Positions 53,062 through 62,087 of a stretch of DNA of 64,000 nt are shown here, in pieces (the first letter of the stretch is position 1; every line of letters begins with the position of its first letter). This stretch comes from Myxococcota bacterium (GTDB lineage: Bacteria > Myxococcota_A > UBA9042 > PHBI01 > JBMYRH01), in assembly GCA_049602155.1 (NCBI GenBank), contig JBMYRH010000009.1, positions 95,391 through 159,390 of the forward strand. Reading direction: 5' to 3'. The notes under the pieces were generated by a model. That model saw nothing but the letters and a program-made list of their open reading frames with translations. It did not search any database and had not been told where the DNA came from. The translations under genes were made by a program, and so were the position numbers.

Positions 53062-54002
53062 CGTCGCGCTTGGAGGCGTCGCTCCACAGCGTCGAGGATC
53101 AACCCTTCGATGCAGATGCCGTCGAACTGATTGATCTCGTGGATGCACGTGGGGCTCGTGACGTTGACTTCGGTCAGGTACCGCCCAATCACGTCGATCC
53201 CGACGAAGATCTGACCCGCCTCCTTGAGCGCTGGGCCGATGGCGGCGCAGATCTCCAAGTCGCGCTCTGACATGGTGCAAGGGGCGACCCGAGCTCCCAC
53301 GTGAATGTTCCCTCGGTGATCGACCCCGTCAGGGATCCGCAGGCATGCACCCACGGCCTCTCCATCGACTAAGATGATCCGCTTGTCCCCCTCCTTCGCC
53401 TCTGGGAGATAGCGCTGCGCCAGGATCACACGCCCCTCATGGCGGGTGGAGGTCTCGAGGATGACACCGACGTTTGGATCGTCTGGTCGGACGATGAAGA
53501 CACCCTCTCCGCCGTTCCCATCGAGGGGCTTGACGACGATAGGGCCGATCTCCTCCATCATCGCGCGCAGGCGACGCTGAGAGCGCGTGATCAAGGATGG
53601 CGGCACCAGGTCCGGGAACTGTAGCGTCCAGGCCTTCTCATTAAAGGCTCGGAGTCCATCTGGGGCGTTCACGACGAGGGCGCCGCTCTGTGCCAAGTCG
53701 AGCAGGTACGTGTTGAAGATGTACCCCATATTGAATGGGGGATCTTTGCGCATCCAGACGACATCGTGGTCCGACAGCTTCACTTCCTTCGCCGGGCCCA
53801 ATGTCGCGTGGTCTCCTTGGGTGGGCTGGACGGTCACAGTGTGGGCGTTCGCCCAGGCACAGCCGGCCTCTCCGTAAAGCTCATCTACGGTCGCGTAGAC
53901 CAGTTCGTGACCACGACGCTGCGCTTCGAGCATCAACGCGAATGTTGAGTCGAGATCGACGCGGATCTCCTCAATGGGATCCATGAGGAAGAGGTGCCTC
54001 AC
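53058..54002 (-). CDS. gshB: Glutathione synthetase (prokaryotic ATP-grasp type).
   Basis: MRHLFLMDPIEEIRVDLDSTF matches the GshB N-terminus. ATP-grasp motifs VVKPLDGNGGEGVF and KRIILVDGE. GTG 54002 overlaps the upstream stop. Confidence 0.9.
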   Translation of the reverse strand: MRHLFLMDPIEEIRVDLDSTFALMLEAQRRGHELVYATVDELYGEAGCAWANAHTVTVQPTQGDHATLGPAKEVKLSDHDVVWMRKDPPFNMGYIFNTYLLDLAQSGALVVNAPDGLRAFNEKAWTLQFPDLVPPSLITRSQRRLRAMMEEIGPIVVKPLDGNGGEGVFIVRPDDPNVGVILETSTRHEGRVILAQRYLPEAKEGDKRIILVDGEAVGACLRIPDGVDHRGNIHVGARVAPCTMSERDLEICAAIGPALKEAGQIFVGIDVIGRYLTEVNVTSPTCIHEINQFDGICIEGLILDAVERRLQARR

Positions 54003-54829
54003 GGTCCGACGCCAGTTTCCTCGGCGCCGCCATCGGCCTCTGATGCGCCATCGCCGCTGCCGCCGGCGTCAGCCTCATCGACCGGCTTGGGCTCCGGGAC
54101 GGTCCAGGTCCAATCCTCAAGGAGGAGTCCGCGTCGCCCTGCTTTGATGCTGATGAGCGTGCCGGCGCCGTCGCCGCACAGGGTCGCGACTTCGGCGCCG
54201 CCGGCCCACGCTTTCCAGCAGAAGAGGTTCGCAGCTTTGCCATCCGGATCTCCCACCGTGGTGCCTGTCGTAGGCGCTAAACGCGCGGTCACAGATGCGC
54301 GCTGAGTGATGTCGAGGACCTTGAATGAGACCTCACCGGCTCTTGACGCCATCTGTAGCCAGAGGGCCAGGCCCGAGAGCATGCTGGGATCCCAGATGTG
54401 GTGCTCACTGGCTTTGGGGATCTCTACGGCCTCAAATTTTTGGTTGATCCCGGCGATGCGGATCCCGACGCCGCGGCGGAAGGCGCGCACACCCTTGCCT
54501 AGGCGCACGTCTGTTTTACGCATGTATTTGCGGAGGGTGCCGTCTGCATCCCGCTCCTGAAACGAGGTCACGCGAGGGCTCTCCTTGATCTTCTCGGGCA
54601 CGACCTCGATCGAGGTGTACTGCTTTTTCTTGCTGCTCAGGACGCGCTTCATGCGCTCGACGCCCGTGACAGCGCCAGCTTCGCTGGTCACCCACACCGC
54701 CTCACTCTTGATCGCCTCAGGCTTCGGGGCCTCCTCTTTGGCGGTACTCTCGGCCATCACAGGGCCCGCGAGGCTGATAATGATCATCGCGCTCATCCAC
54801 GCGATGGCTCTTCGAGTTTGCTCGGTCAT
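53999..54829 (-). CDS. Hypothetical secreted protein (276 aa) in operon with gshB.
   Basis: Signal peptide MTEQTRRAIAWMSAMIIISLAGPVMA. Lys-rich N-terminal third and Gly/Asp/Ala-rich C-terminus. No motif assignment. Confidence 0.5.
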   Translation of the reverse strand: MTEQTRRAIAWMSAMIIISLAGPVMAESTAKEEAPKPEAIKSEAVWVTSEAGAVTGVERMKRVLSSKKKQYTSIEVVPEKIKESPRVTSFQERDADGTLRKYMRKTDVRLGKGVRAFRRGVGIRIAGINQKFEAVEIPKASEHHIWDPSMLSGLALWLQMASRAGEVSFKVLDITQRASVTARLAPTTGTTVGDPDGKAANLFCWKAWAGGAEVATLCGDGAGTLISIKAGRRGLLLEDWTWTVPEPKPVDEADAGGSGDGASEADGGAEETGVGP

Positions 54830-54877
54830 GGTCCTCCCCGTTACGCTCGGGTCCCAACCCCTCAACTGTCATAGAGC

Positions 54878-55720
54878 ATGTGGGATTTCATCAAATATCA
54901 TGGCCTTGGTAATGACTTCGTCCTCCTGGACGGAGGGCTCTCAGGGCGCTCTGAACCAACAACTGCACAGGTGATAGCGATCTGCGACCGGAGGACAGGC
55001 GTGGGCGCTGATGGCGTGATGTGGGCTCGCCCAAGTGCGGTCGCTGATCTCAAGATGACCCTGATCAACAGTGATGGCACCATGCCGGAGATGTGCGGCA
55101 ACGGACTTCGCTGCCTCGTGAAGCACGCTGTCGACGACCTGGGCTTCACGGCGAACCCGCTCCACGTCGAGACCGGCGCCGGGATCTTAGCTTGCCAATG
55201 GCGGCGTGATTCTAAAGATCGCGTCGACCGCGTGGAGGTCGCGATGGGGCCACCCACTTTCAGGCGAGAGCGCATCCCGATGACGGGTCAGGGCGAAGCG
55301 TTGGATGTGGGCGTCGAGGTGCCAGGGCGCTCTTTTAATGCCACCGGTGTCGGGACAGGTAACCCACATATGGTCATCTTTGGCGACGCCTCTATTGCCT
55401 TCGCGACGACCTGGGGTCCGGCGCTCACGGATCACCCGATGTGGCCGCAAGGGACGAACGTCGAGTTTACAGAGGTGCTCAGCCCCACCCACCTCAAGGT
55501 GACCGTTTGGGAGCGAGGCTGTGGTCTGACTCAGGCCTGCGGCACCGGCGCGACGGCCGCCGCTGCAGCCGCAGTGAAGCGCGGGCACAGCCCAAGCGCC
55601 ACGCCGATCAGCGTGAGCTTGCCTGGCGGCGATCTTACGATCCGCGTGGCCGCAGACTTCCACGAAGCGTGGATGGATGGCCCGGCGGTCGAAGTCTATC
55701 GCGGTCAGCTGTCGCCCTAG
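54878..55720 (+). CDS. dapF: Diaminopimelate epimerase.
   Basis: YHGLGNDFVLLD, MCGNGLRC (first catalytic Cys), ERGCGLTQACGTGATAAA (second catalytic Cys). Confidence 0.9.
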   Translation: MWDFIKYHGLGNDFVLLDGGLSGRSEPTTAQVIAICDRRTGVGADGVMWARPSAVADLKMTLINSDGTMPEMCGNGLRCLVKHAVDDLGFTANPLHVETGAGILACQWRRDSKDRVDRVEVAMGPPTFRRERIPMTGQGEALDVGVEVPGRSFNATGVGTGNPHMVIFGDASIAFATTWGPALTDHPMWPQGTNVEFTEVLSPTHLKVTVWERGCGLTQACGTGATAAAAAAVKRGHSPSATPISVSLPGGDLTIRVAADFHEAWMDGPAVEVYRGQLSP

Positions 55721-55744
55721 AGCGACAGCCACCCGAGAGCGACT

Positions 55745-56386
55745 TTAAGCCAAGGACGGCGCGACGGTGACGAGGCTGTTCTTGGCTCCAGGCACGGCGC
55801 CCTTGACCAGCAGCACGTTGTCATCGGCGTGGATGGCGACGACGGTCAAGCCGCGCACGGTGATGCGCTTGTTGCCCATCTGGCCGGCCATCTTCTTGCC
55901 CTTGATCACGCGAGCCGGGTAGGCCGAGCAACCGATGGAGCCAGAGTGGCGCTTGTACTCGTGCGTACCATGCGTCATCTCTTTGGCGCCCTTGAATCCG
56001 TGGCGCTTGACCACACCCTGGTAACCACGGCCCTTGCTGGTGCCGGTGACGTCGATCTTTTCGCCGGGGCTGAATTGGGTCACCTTGATGGCGTCGCCGA
56101 CCTTCATGTCGGAGACCTCATCGGCGTCGACGCGGAACTCTGCGAGGTTCTGGTACGGGTCGACGTTGGCCCGCAGAAACACACCACCCTCAGGGCGGTT
56201 GAGCTTCTCGAAGGACGTGGAGCCGTAGCCCACTTTGATGGCGTCGTAGCCATCTGCGCCCTCTGAGGACTTGATCTGAACGACAGCGTTGGGGCCGAGC
56301 TCAAGGATCGTGACGGCGACGAGATCGCCCTCCAGGTCGAACACCTGCGTCATTCCGAGCTTCTTACCAAGTAGTCCAATAGCCAT
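55745..56386 (-). CDS. rplC: 50S ribosomal protein L3; a stand-alone gene not in an S10 operon context.
   Basis: MAIGLLGKKLGMTQVF, VTGTSKGRGYQGVVKRHGF, KGKKMAGQMGNKRITV and LLVKGAVPGA all align to L3. AAGGTGA RBS. Confidence 0.9.
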   Translation of the reverse strand: MAIGLLGKKLGMTQVFDLEGDLVAVTILELGPNAVVQIKSSEGADGYDAIKVGYGSTSFEKLNRPEGGVFLRANVDPYQNLAEFRVDADEVSDMKVGDAIKVTQFSPGEKIDVTGTSKGRGYQGVVKRHGFKGAKEMTHGTHEYKRHSGSIGCSAYPARVIKGKKMAGQMGNKRITVRGLTVVAIHADDNVLLVKGAVPGAKNSLVTVAPSLA

Positions 56387-56569
56387 GGTCTCACCTTTTG
56401 TGTCGTCGGGTGTACACTCACGGGATTGTGAGGCGGTCCAGCCGTCGACGGCTCCCTTTACAAGGGGGCGCGGAAGCTAGCAGTGGCTCTAGACCGTGTC
56501 AATCTAGAAACTTAGTGCAGCCAGCCCGCCATTTAGGCCGGGCCTCGAGGGCCCGACAGTGGGGTCCCT

Positions 56570-58237
56570 TTAGCGCAGCGTAATGGGGTAGTTTACCGAC
56601 ATCTGGGCGGCAGCAAAGGGCGGGAATTTCGTGCCCTTAAGCGCACTTGAGATGCACCGCAGGACGCCCGCGGACGCGCCGCCTCCAGAGGTGATGCGGA
56701 CCGACTTGACCGATCCGGAGCCCGCCACGACGAGCGACGTGTTCACCGTGATCCCCCCAGCCGGCCGATCGGCCATCTTCTTGTAGCACCCACCGAAGGT
56801 GCCGCGCTTTCTCCGGAGGGTGCTCCGCAGCTTGGAGGAGCTCAGGCGTTGCGGGAGCGACCCGGCCGCCGGTGCCGCGCTGCCACCGCTGTCCGCCGAT
56901 TTGTTCTTGTTCAAGGTCGCGAGCAACGCGTTGACGTCCTTTTTAGGGCCAGGCTTTGCGGCAGGTGTTGGCGTGGGTGCCGGCTTTGCAGGGGCCTCGG
57001 CCACCGCGGGTGCAGGTTTCGGGACGACAGGCTTGGCCGGCTCAGCCTTCGATGTGCTCGCCTTTGAGGCGCCTCCCTGCGCTTTTGCCTCTCGTTGACG
57101 CTCTCTGCGCTCTTGCCGTCGCTTCTTCCGGAGTTCTGCGGCGCTCAGCTTCTCAGGCTCGGCGTCCTCGGCGGCGGGTTTCTTCTCGGGCTCCGGCGCG
57201 GCTGCTTTAGCCACCTCTGCCTTTGGGACCTCTTTGTTCTTCGTTGGGGCCACGGCTGCCGCGGCCTTTGGCGCCTCCTTGGCCGGCGCAGCCTTGGCAG
57301 GCTCTGGGGTCTTCGCTGCAGGTGCCGGGGCAGCGGCGACCGCCGCCGGTTGTGGGCCGGTGGACGCTGGTGCGTTCATCATCTGCATCGCAGCGAATGC
57401 TCCACCGCCGAGCACGGCGACCGCTGCGATGACGATAGGGACGGTGTTTGAGCGGCGCTTGATCACCGGGACAGCGATGGTGGTCGTGCCGGGCTCTGCG
57501 GCGCGCGAGGCGGGCGCAGGCCCGTCATCGAAGGGGCTCTGTGTCAGAGGGCGCCGTCGATTGCCGCTGCGCGGCTTCGTCGCGCGCACATCGATTAGGC
57601 CGCTGTATTCACCGTCTTGGCCCGGCTCGAAGGTGACACCCGGGAGGGGGTTGTTCGTCGACTTCGCGAGGTCGTCCAAGCTGAAGAGCACGGAGGTGTC
57701 TGCGCGCTCGTGCATCGGCGCTGAGGACTCAAGTGGCGCATTTTGATCGAAGAGATCGTCGAGCATGGAGCCCGTCTCGGACGGCGCTGAGGCCGCCGAG
57801 GCGCTTTCCGCGGCCGCGTCCTCCGCGGCCATCGCCGCGTGCGCGGCCTCCAGCTCTGAGCGTGACACCATGGTGGTGTCGTCGCTGATATCTTCAGGCT
57901 CGCTGTGGTCTGCATCGCTCGGGCCGCTGAGGACGCTTGCCAGCTCGGTGATGGTCTGAAGGGGCTCCCACCCAGCCATCCCTTGGCACCATGCGAGGCT
58001 CTCGAGGGTCACCGTGCCGTCCTTGAGGTGTGCTGCGATCGCGGCACCGTCGACGGGACCTCGTCGATCTCGCCCGACTGCGAAGTACCACTTCGCCTCG
58101 GATTCACCGCCGATCCCTTTGATCATAATCGGTGCGCTGCACTGCCTGCACGTCACCTTGAACGTGCGACCCGATCCTTGGATCTTGTCTTCGGGCACTG
58201 AGTATTTCGCGCCGCAGCCTTCGCAAGCGACCTTCAT
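56570..58237 (-). CDS. AgmX/GltJ/PglI-like protein with zinc ribbon, GYF-like (DUF4339), TM, Ala/Pro/Lys-rich linker and AgmX-type C-terminal domain.
   Basis: The internal ATG (MKVACEGCGAKYSVPEDKI, MJ0042-type zinc ribbon) is chosen. WYFAVGRDRRGPVDGAAIAAHL is GYF/DUF4339-like. TM segment IVIAAVAVLGGGAFAAM. A ~200-aa A/P/K/E-rich linker. The C-terminus GGCYKKMADRPAGGITVNTSLVVAGSGSVKSVRITSGGGASAGVLRCISSALKGTKFPPF resembles the AgmX/PglI C-terminal domain. Confidence 0.65.
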   Translation of the reverse strand: MKVACEGCGAKYSVPEDKIQGSGRTFKVTCRQCSAPIMIKGIGGESEAKWYFAVGRDRRGPVDGAAIAAHLKDGTVTLESLAWCQGMAGWEPLQTITELASVLSGPSDADHSEPEDISDDTTMVSRSELEAAHAAMAAEDAAAESASAASAPSETGSMLDDLFDQNAPLESSAPMHERADTSVLFSLDDLAKSTNNPLPGVTFEPGQDGEYSGLIDVRATKPRSGNRRRPLTQSPFDDGPAPASRAAEPGTTTIAVPVIKRRSNTVPIVIAAVAVLGGGAFAAMQMMNAPASTGPQPAAVAAAPAPAAKTPEPAKAAPAKEAPKAAAAVAPTKNKEVPKAEVAKAAAPEPEKKPAAEDAEPEKLSAAELRKKRRQERRERQREAKAQGGASKASTSKAEPAKPVVPKPAPAVAEAPAKPAPTPTPAAKPGPKKDVNALLATLNKNKSADSGGSAAPAAGSLPQRLSSSKLRSTLRRKRGTFGGCYKKMADRPAGGITVNTSLVVAGSGSVKSVRITSGGGASAGVLRCISSALKGTKFPPFAAAQMSVNYPITLR

Positions 58238-58465
58238 CGAGCCACCTTTAGCTCCCTCGGGAACCATAGCCTTTCGTTGTTCGTCTACTGTGGGGTGAGG
58301 GGTGCGCCTCTCATGAACGCACCTCGCGCTCCCCAACATTCCCTCATCATTGAGGCGATATCTGCCCTCTACGCCGCGCGCACGCCACGCAGTGCTCGAC
58401 TATACGAGAGGGGGGCGAGGCTCAGCAAGCCCCTCGGGTCCTCTTGGCTATCCTTACAGGGGTGG

Positions 58466-59830
58466 CTACGCGTGATTCGTGCCACGAAGGCGGTGAACTC
58501 TTCGCCGCAGACCGACCCTGTCCATGGGATCAAGGGCGCCGATGACCGTAATTTGTGCCCCGGTGGGGGTCAGATGTCGGGTCACGACGTCTCGGACGTC
58601 TTTTGGTGTGAGCTCGAGGAACTTCGCCTTCGCGCTCTCGATCGCAAGATCTCGCCCATAGAAGGCTGCGAGCCCGAGTCGATAGGAGACCTCGGAGGCC
58701 CCATCGATGGCGATGGCGAGATCGAAGCCATAGCGTCGCCGCATCCGAGACCATTCGTTCGAGGTCGCGTCCTCCGAGGCGAGCTGGGCGACCTCCTCGA
58801 ATACTGCGTCCAAGACGGCCAAGACGTTGTCGTGGGAGATGTCCGCCTCGATCACGAGGAGCGCGCGGTCCGTGAAGGCCTCGAGGCTGCTCCCGACGTG
58901 ATAGGCGAGGCCGTCGTCGTCTGTGATTCGTCGCCTTAGACGTCCGCAGGTGCCGTCGTCCAGGAGGCGCTGAATGGCGGTGAGCGCCGGCCAGTCTGGC
59001 GAGGCGGGCGGTGGGACAAGCCAAGCCACTTGGACACTCGTCTGACTGCCACCATGCGATACGTACTCCAGGGCAGGTAGGTCGCCCCGAACTGCCATGT
59101 CTGTCGGCGCCAATGGGGACCCGGGGCGCAGGCTTCCCAAGCTGGCCTCCGCCATGGCGACGACGGCGTCATGGGCGAGGGGGCCGGCGACGCTTAGCAC
59201 CAGGTTCTGAGCGCCATAGCAGGCCTCGAACCAGCGCTGACAGTCCAAGGCGCTGAAGCGCTTCACTTGAGGGATGTCACCTCCGATCTTCCGCCCTGCG
59301 CCGCAATTGGGCATCAGGGTGAGCTTGGCGACGTTGTCGACGTCGATGTCCCGTCCATTCTCATCGAGCTCATCTTGGAGTTCCTCCACGATGATCCGCT
59401 GCTCGATGTCGAGGTCTGCCCATGTGGGCGCACTGAGCATCGCCCCGACGAGCGCGAGGAGCTCCGAGACATGGTCCGGGCCACAGAGTGCATCAAGGGT
59501 CACGAACTCGCGATAGGTCGCCGCGCCCAGACCGAGAGAGCAGGACTCGACGGCCTCGTTAAAGGCGCGCGCGGATGGGAAGCCTTTGCATCCGCGGAAG
59601 AGGCCGTGCTCGACGAGGTGGCTCAGGCCATTGTCCTCTGCGCGCTCGTAGCGAGGACCTCCAGGCGCGAAGACGCTGATGGCGACGGTGTGAAGGTGGC
59701 TGAGCGTGGCGCTCACGACCGTGAGCCCGTTTGAGAGCACGCTTCGAGCCTCAAAGTATGGCTCTGGACCAGAAAAAGCGGAGTTTTTATCAGCGCTTAC
59801 AGCTGATTTAAAGCTAGCGTTTGTCATCAT
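58466..59830 (-). CDS. M16-family (pitrilysin/insulinase-like) zinc peptidase.
   Basis: NGLTVVS...GLSHLVEHGLFRG carries the inverted HxxEH zinc motif. Length ~450 aa. Confidence 0.85.
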   Translation of the reverse strand: MMTNASFKSAVSADKNSAFSGPEPYFEARSVLSNGLTVVSATLSHLHTVAISVFAPGGPRYERAEDNGLSHLVEHGLFRGCKGFPSARAFNEAVESCSLGLGAATYREFVTLDALCGPDHVSELLALVGAMLSAPTWADLDIEQRIIVEELQDELDENGRDIDVDNVAKLTLMPNCGAGRKIGGDIPQVKRFSALDCQRWFEACYGAQNLVLSVAGPLAHDAVVAMAEASLGSLRPGSPLAPTDMAVRGDLPALEYVSHGGSQTSVQVAWLVPPPASPDWPALTAIQRLLDDGTCGRLRRRITDDDGLAYHVGSSLEAFTDRALLVIEADISHDNVLAVLDAVFEEVAQLASEDATSNEWSRMRRRYGFDLAIAIDGASEVSYRLGLAAFYGRDLAIESAKAKFLELTPKDVRDVVTRHLTPTGAQITVIGALDPMDRVGLRRRVHRLRGTNHA

Positions 59831-59954
59831 CGATTCATCTCGCTATGGTCCGCCACCCTTTAAAGTAGATGTTCACGCTTGAACTCGCCGTAAATCGGCG
59901 GATTCGAGGGATATTCGAGGCCTGAACATCTCACCCGGCACACGCGAATAGGCG

Positions 59955-61115
59955 ATGGAAGTGACTGACGTCAACCACCACGTAGACGCAAGCTCAAACC
60001 GAGTGATCCGTGCGGCAGCACCGGCCACAGTGAGCGGCATCTTTACCGACCTCGATCTGCAGGCGCTGCGCCTGCTGCTCTTGGGGGGATCGGTCGTGGA
60101 CTGGCGTCGCCTCTCGTTTCGTGAACCCGGTGAGGTGGCTCAATTCCTCGCCGCCAATGGGTACGACGTTGAGAACTCGATCGAGATGGACCGCTTGTCG
60201 GCGTTGCATGGTCGAGCCCTTCAGTACTTAGAGGAGACCTACGAGCTGTCGATCCCGGATCGCGTACGAACCCCCAAGGATGTCACGGAGCTCTTCCTGA
60301 CGGCCTCAGGTGTGAACGCTGATCAGGATGAGCAGCAGGCCGCTTGCGCGGTGCTCAAGGTCATCCACGTCCTCAATCACCTTGAGGCTCGCCGCCTCGT
60401 GCACCACTTGAGCTTGAGTGAGCGCGCGCTCTTTTTGGCTGCGGCGAACAAGGTGGATGCGCTGATCGGTGAGATGCAGAGCGCTGGGTTTGGGATCGCG
60501 GAGTACGAGCCGAGCACCAAGACGGATCACAGCCTCATCACGAAGCTGATCTCCAAGCCGCGGGTCACCGCTGCGCAGATCTTCGACAAGCTGCGCTTTC
60601 GCCTCATCACCGAGTCGCGGGAAGATCTCTTGCCGGTCATTCAATGGCTGCTGCGTCAGCTCTTCCCATTCAATCACGTCATCGCGGGCGAGTCTCACAA
60701 CACGATCCTCACCGAGGAGGAGCTGCGAGACTGCTTAGCGCCACACCTTGAGCACCCGGACGGAGATCCCTCGGCGCACTTTGGGGGCTACCAGCCTAGC
60801 AACCCGGCGACCTCCCCCAGCTTCCGGATGATCAACTTCGTGGTCGATCTGCCCGTGCGCATCAACCGCCTCTGCACCCCTGCGGAGCTCGTTCGATTAA
60901 GCCACTTGGGCCACTTGGTCCACGTCACGCTGGAGTTCCAGCTCTTCGATAAAGCGACGGTGCTGGCGAATGAAGCCGGTGAAGGCAACCACGGGGCTTA
61001 CAAGCAACGGCAGTTAAACCTCGTGAGTGAGCGCCTTTGGGGCGGCCTCAAGCCGCGCCTCACCGCGCGCGACCAAGTCTCCCGTCAGGTCTTCGATGAC
61101 AGCGACGCAGGCTGA
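59955..61115 (+). CDS. Conserved hypothetical protein (386 aa).
   Basis: Non-repetitive, well-formed ORF, divergent from the M16 peptidase gene across an AT-richer ~120-bp region. No motif recognised. Confidence 0.55.
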   Translation: MEVTDVNHHVDASSNRVIRAAAPATVSGIFTDLDLQALRLLLLGGSVVDWRRLSFREPGEVAQFLAANGYDVENSIEMDRLSALHGRALQYLEETYELSIPDRVRTPKDVTELFLTASGVNADQDEQQAACAVLKVIHVLNHLEARRLVHHLSLSERALFLAAANKVDALIGEMQSAGFGIAEYEPSTKTDHSLITKLISKPRVTAAQIFDKLRFRLITESREDLLPVIQWLLRQLFPFNHVIAGESHNTILTEEELRDCLAPHLEHPDGDPSAHFGGYQPSNPATSPSFRMINFVVDLPVRINRLCTPAELVRLSHLGHLVHVTLEFQLFDKATVLANEAGEGNHGAYKQRQLNLVSERLWGGLKPRLTARDQVSRQVFDDSDAG

Positions 61116-61121
61116 GCGCCT

Positions 61122-62087
61122 CTAGAGCATCTGCGCGATGAACCATGTGGCGGTCCACAGGGCGAGCCCAAGCGCTGCGCTGAGGACGATCCAGGCGTGG
61201 CGTCCCTCGCGCTCAACTTCCTCAGGCCTCCCCGCGGACTGACCGAGGGCCGCGGTGAGCCAGCGTCGCCATGCAGCCCCGCCGTTTGGGGTCGCGCATG
61301 CTGCAGCGATCTCTCTGATCGCAGCAGCGTCTCTCGGTCGGGCCGTCGGGTCGGAGGCGACGCAACGGCTGATCAACGCACCCATCTCGGTCCCGCTGAG
61401 CGGAGAGGAATTCGGGAGCTGTCGAGGTGACTCTGTGGGCCAGCGCCGCCCTGCTGCCAGCTCCCAAAGCAGGACGCCGAGGCTGTAGACGTCACCGGCG
61501 GTCGACAAGGGGGCGCCGGGTTGGCGCTCCGGGGGGCTGTAGCGTGGGGTGCCACCATCGCCGCTCACGACGCCGACTGGCGCCGCCGAGCCTAGATCGA
61601 CCAAGGTCGTCGTCCCGTCCTCACGGGCCAGGAGGTTCCCAGCGCTCAGGTCGCCGTGGACGAGACAGGGAGCCTGGGCCTCGTGGAGCACATTCAGCCC
61701 CTCGGTGAGGCTCAGCGCCGCGGCGGCCAGGGCTGCCTCCGACAGGAGAGGTTCAGGGTGACGCTCCAGGAGTTCACGAAGGCTCTGACCCTTCACACGT
61801 TGCATGACGAGGCACGCGTCTCCGGGTCGCCCCTCGTCTGCGCTTGGCCCGGTGATCACCTCAACACCGCGCACTAAGGCGGGGTGTGTTTGGTTCATGA
61901 CGAGCGTGATCTCGCGTTCGAAGCGTGCGCGCTGCTCGGGGTCCTCCCAGGCGTGAGGTAGCGCGCGCTTTATCACGACCCTGGCGCCGCTCTCGCGATG
62001 CTCGGCCTCGTACACCTCCGAGTTGCTCGAGAGGCCCAAGCGCTCAAGGAGCACATACGGACCGAGTTGCCGCATGGGCGAGCTCAC
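61122..62087 (-). CDS. Divergent protein-kinase-like protein with C-terminal TM helix (possible pseudokinase), operonic with dnaJ.
   Basis: Kinase features present: VVIKRAL (VAIK-like), FEREI (alphaC Glu), [12 protein letters not shown] (HGD replaces HRD; catalytic Asp and Asn retained), VDLGSA (DLG replaces DFG), YSPPER. The Gly-loop LGLSSNSEV is degenerate. C-terminal [22 protein letters not shown]. The GTG start overlaps the dnaJ stop. Confidence 0.65.
   Translation of the reverse strand: MSSPMRQLGPYVLLERLGLSSNSEVYEAEHRESGARVVIKRALPHAWEDPEQRARFEREITLVMNQTHPALVRGVEVITGPSADEGRPGDACLVMQRVKGQSLRELLERHPEPLLSEAALAAAALSLTEGLNVLHEAQAPCLVHGDLSAGNLLAREDGTTTLVDLGSAAPVGVVSGDGGTPRYSPPERQPGAPLSTAGDVYSLGVLLWELAAGRRWPTESPRQLPNSSPLSGTEMGALISRCVASDPTARPRDAAAIREIAAACATPNGGAAWRRWLTAALGQSAGRPEEVEREGRHAWIVLSAALGLALWTATWFIAQML

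Noticed and set aside
52432-53280. 282-aa version of the lipoprotein ORF.
   Set aside because: The extension overlaps gshB by 220 nt and is Arg-rich. GTG 53061 overlaps the gshB stop and precedes a lipobox-type signal.
56538-56561. GC-rich palindromic stretch (ggccgggcctcgagggcccg) just past the agmX-like stop, as an intrinsic terminator.
   Set aside because: No U-tract follows in the direction of transcription, so it does not meet rho-independent terminator criteria.
56387-56569. Possible tRNA or small RNA in the 180-bp rplC/agmX intergenic region and other gaps (40295..40519, 41573..41833, 59831..59954).
   Set aside because: No T-loop-like GGTTCGAnTCC, cloverleaf-compatible stems or conserved ncRNA boxes were recognisable by eye. 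These are more likely promoter or UTR DNA. A covariance-model scan (tRNAscan-SE/Infernal) would be decisive.
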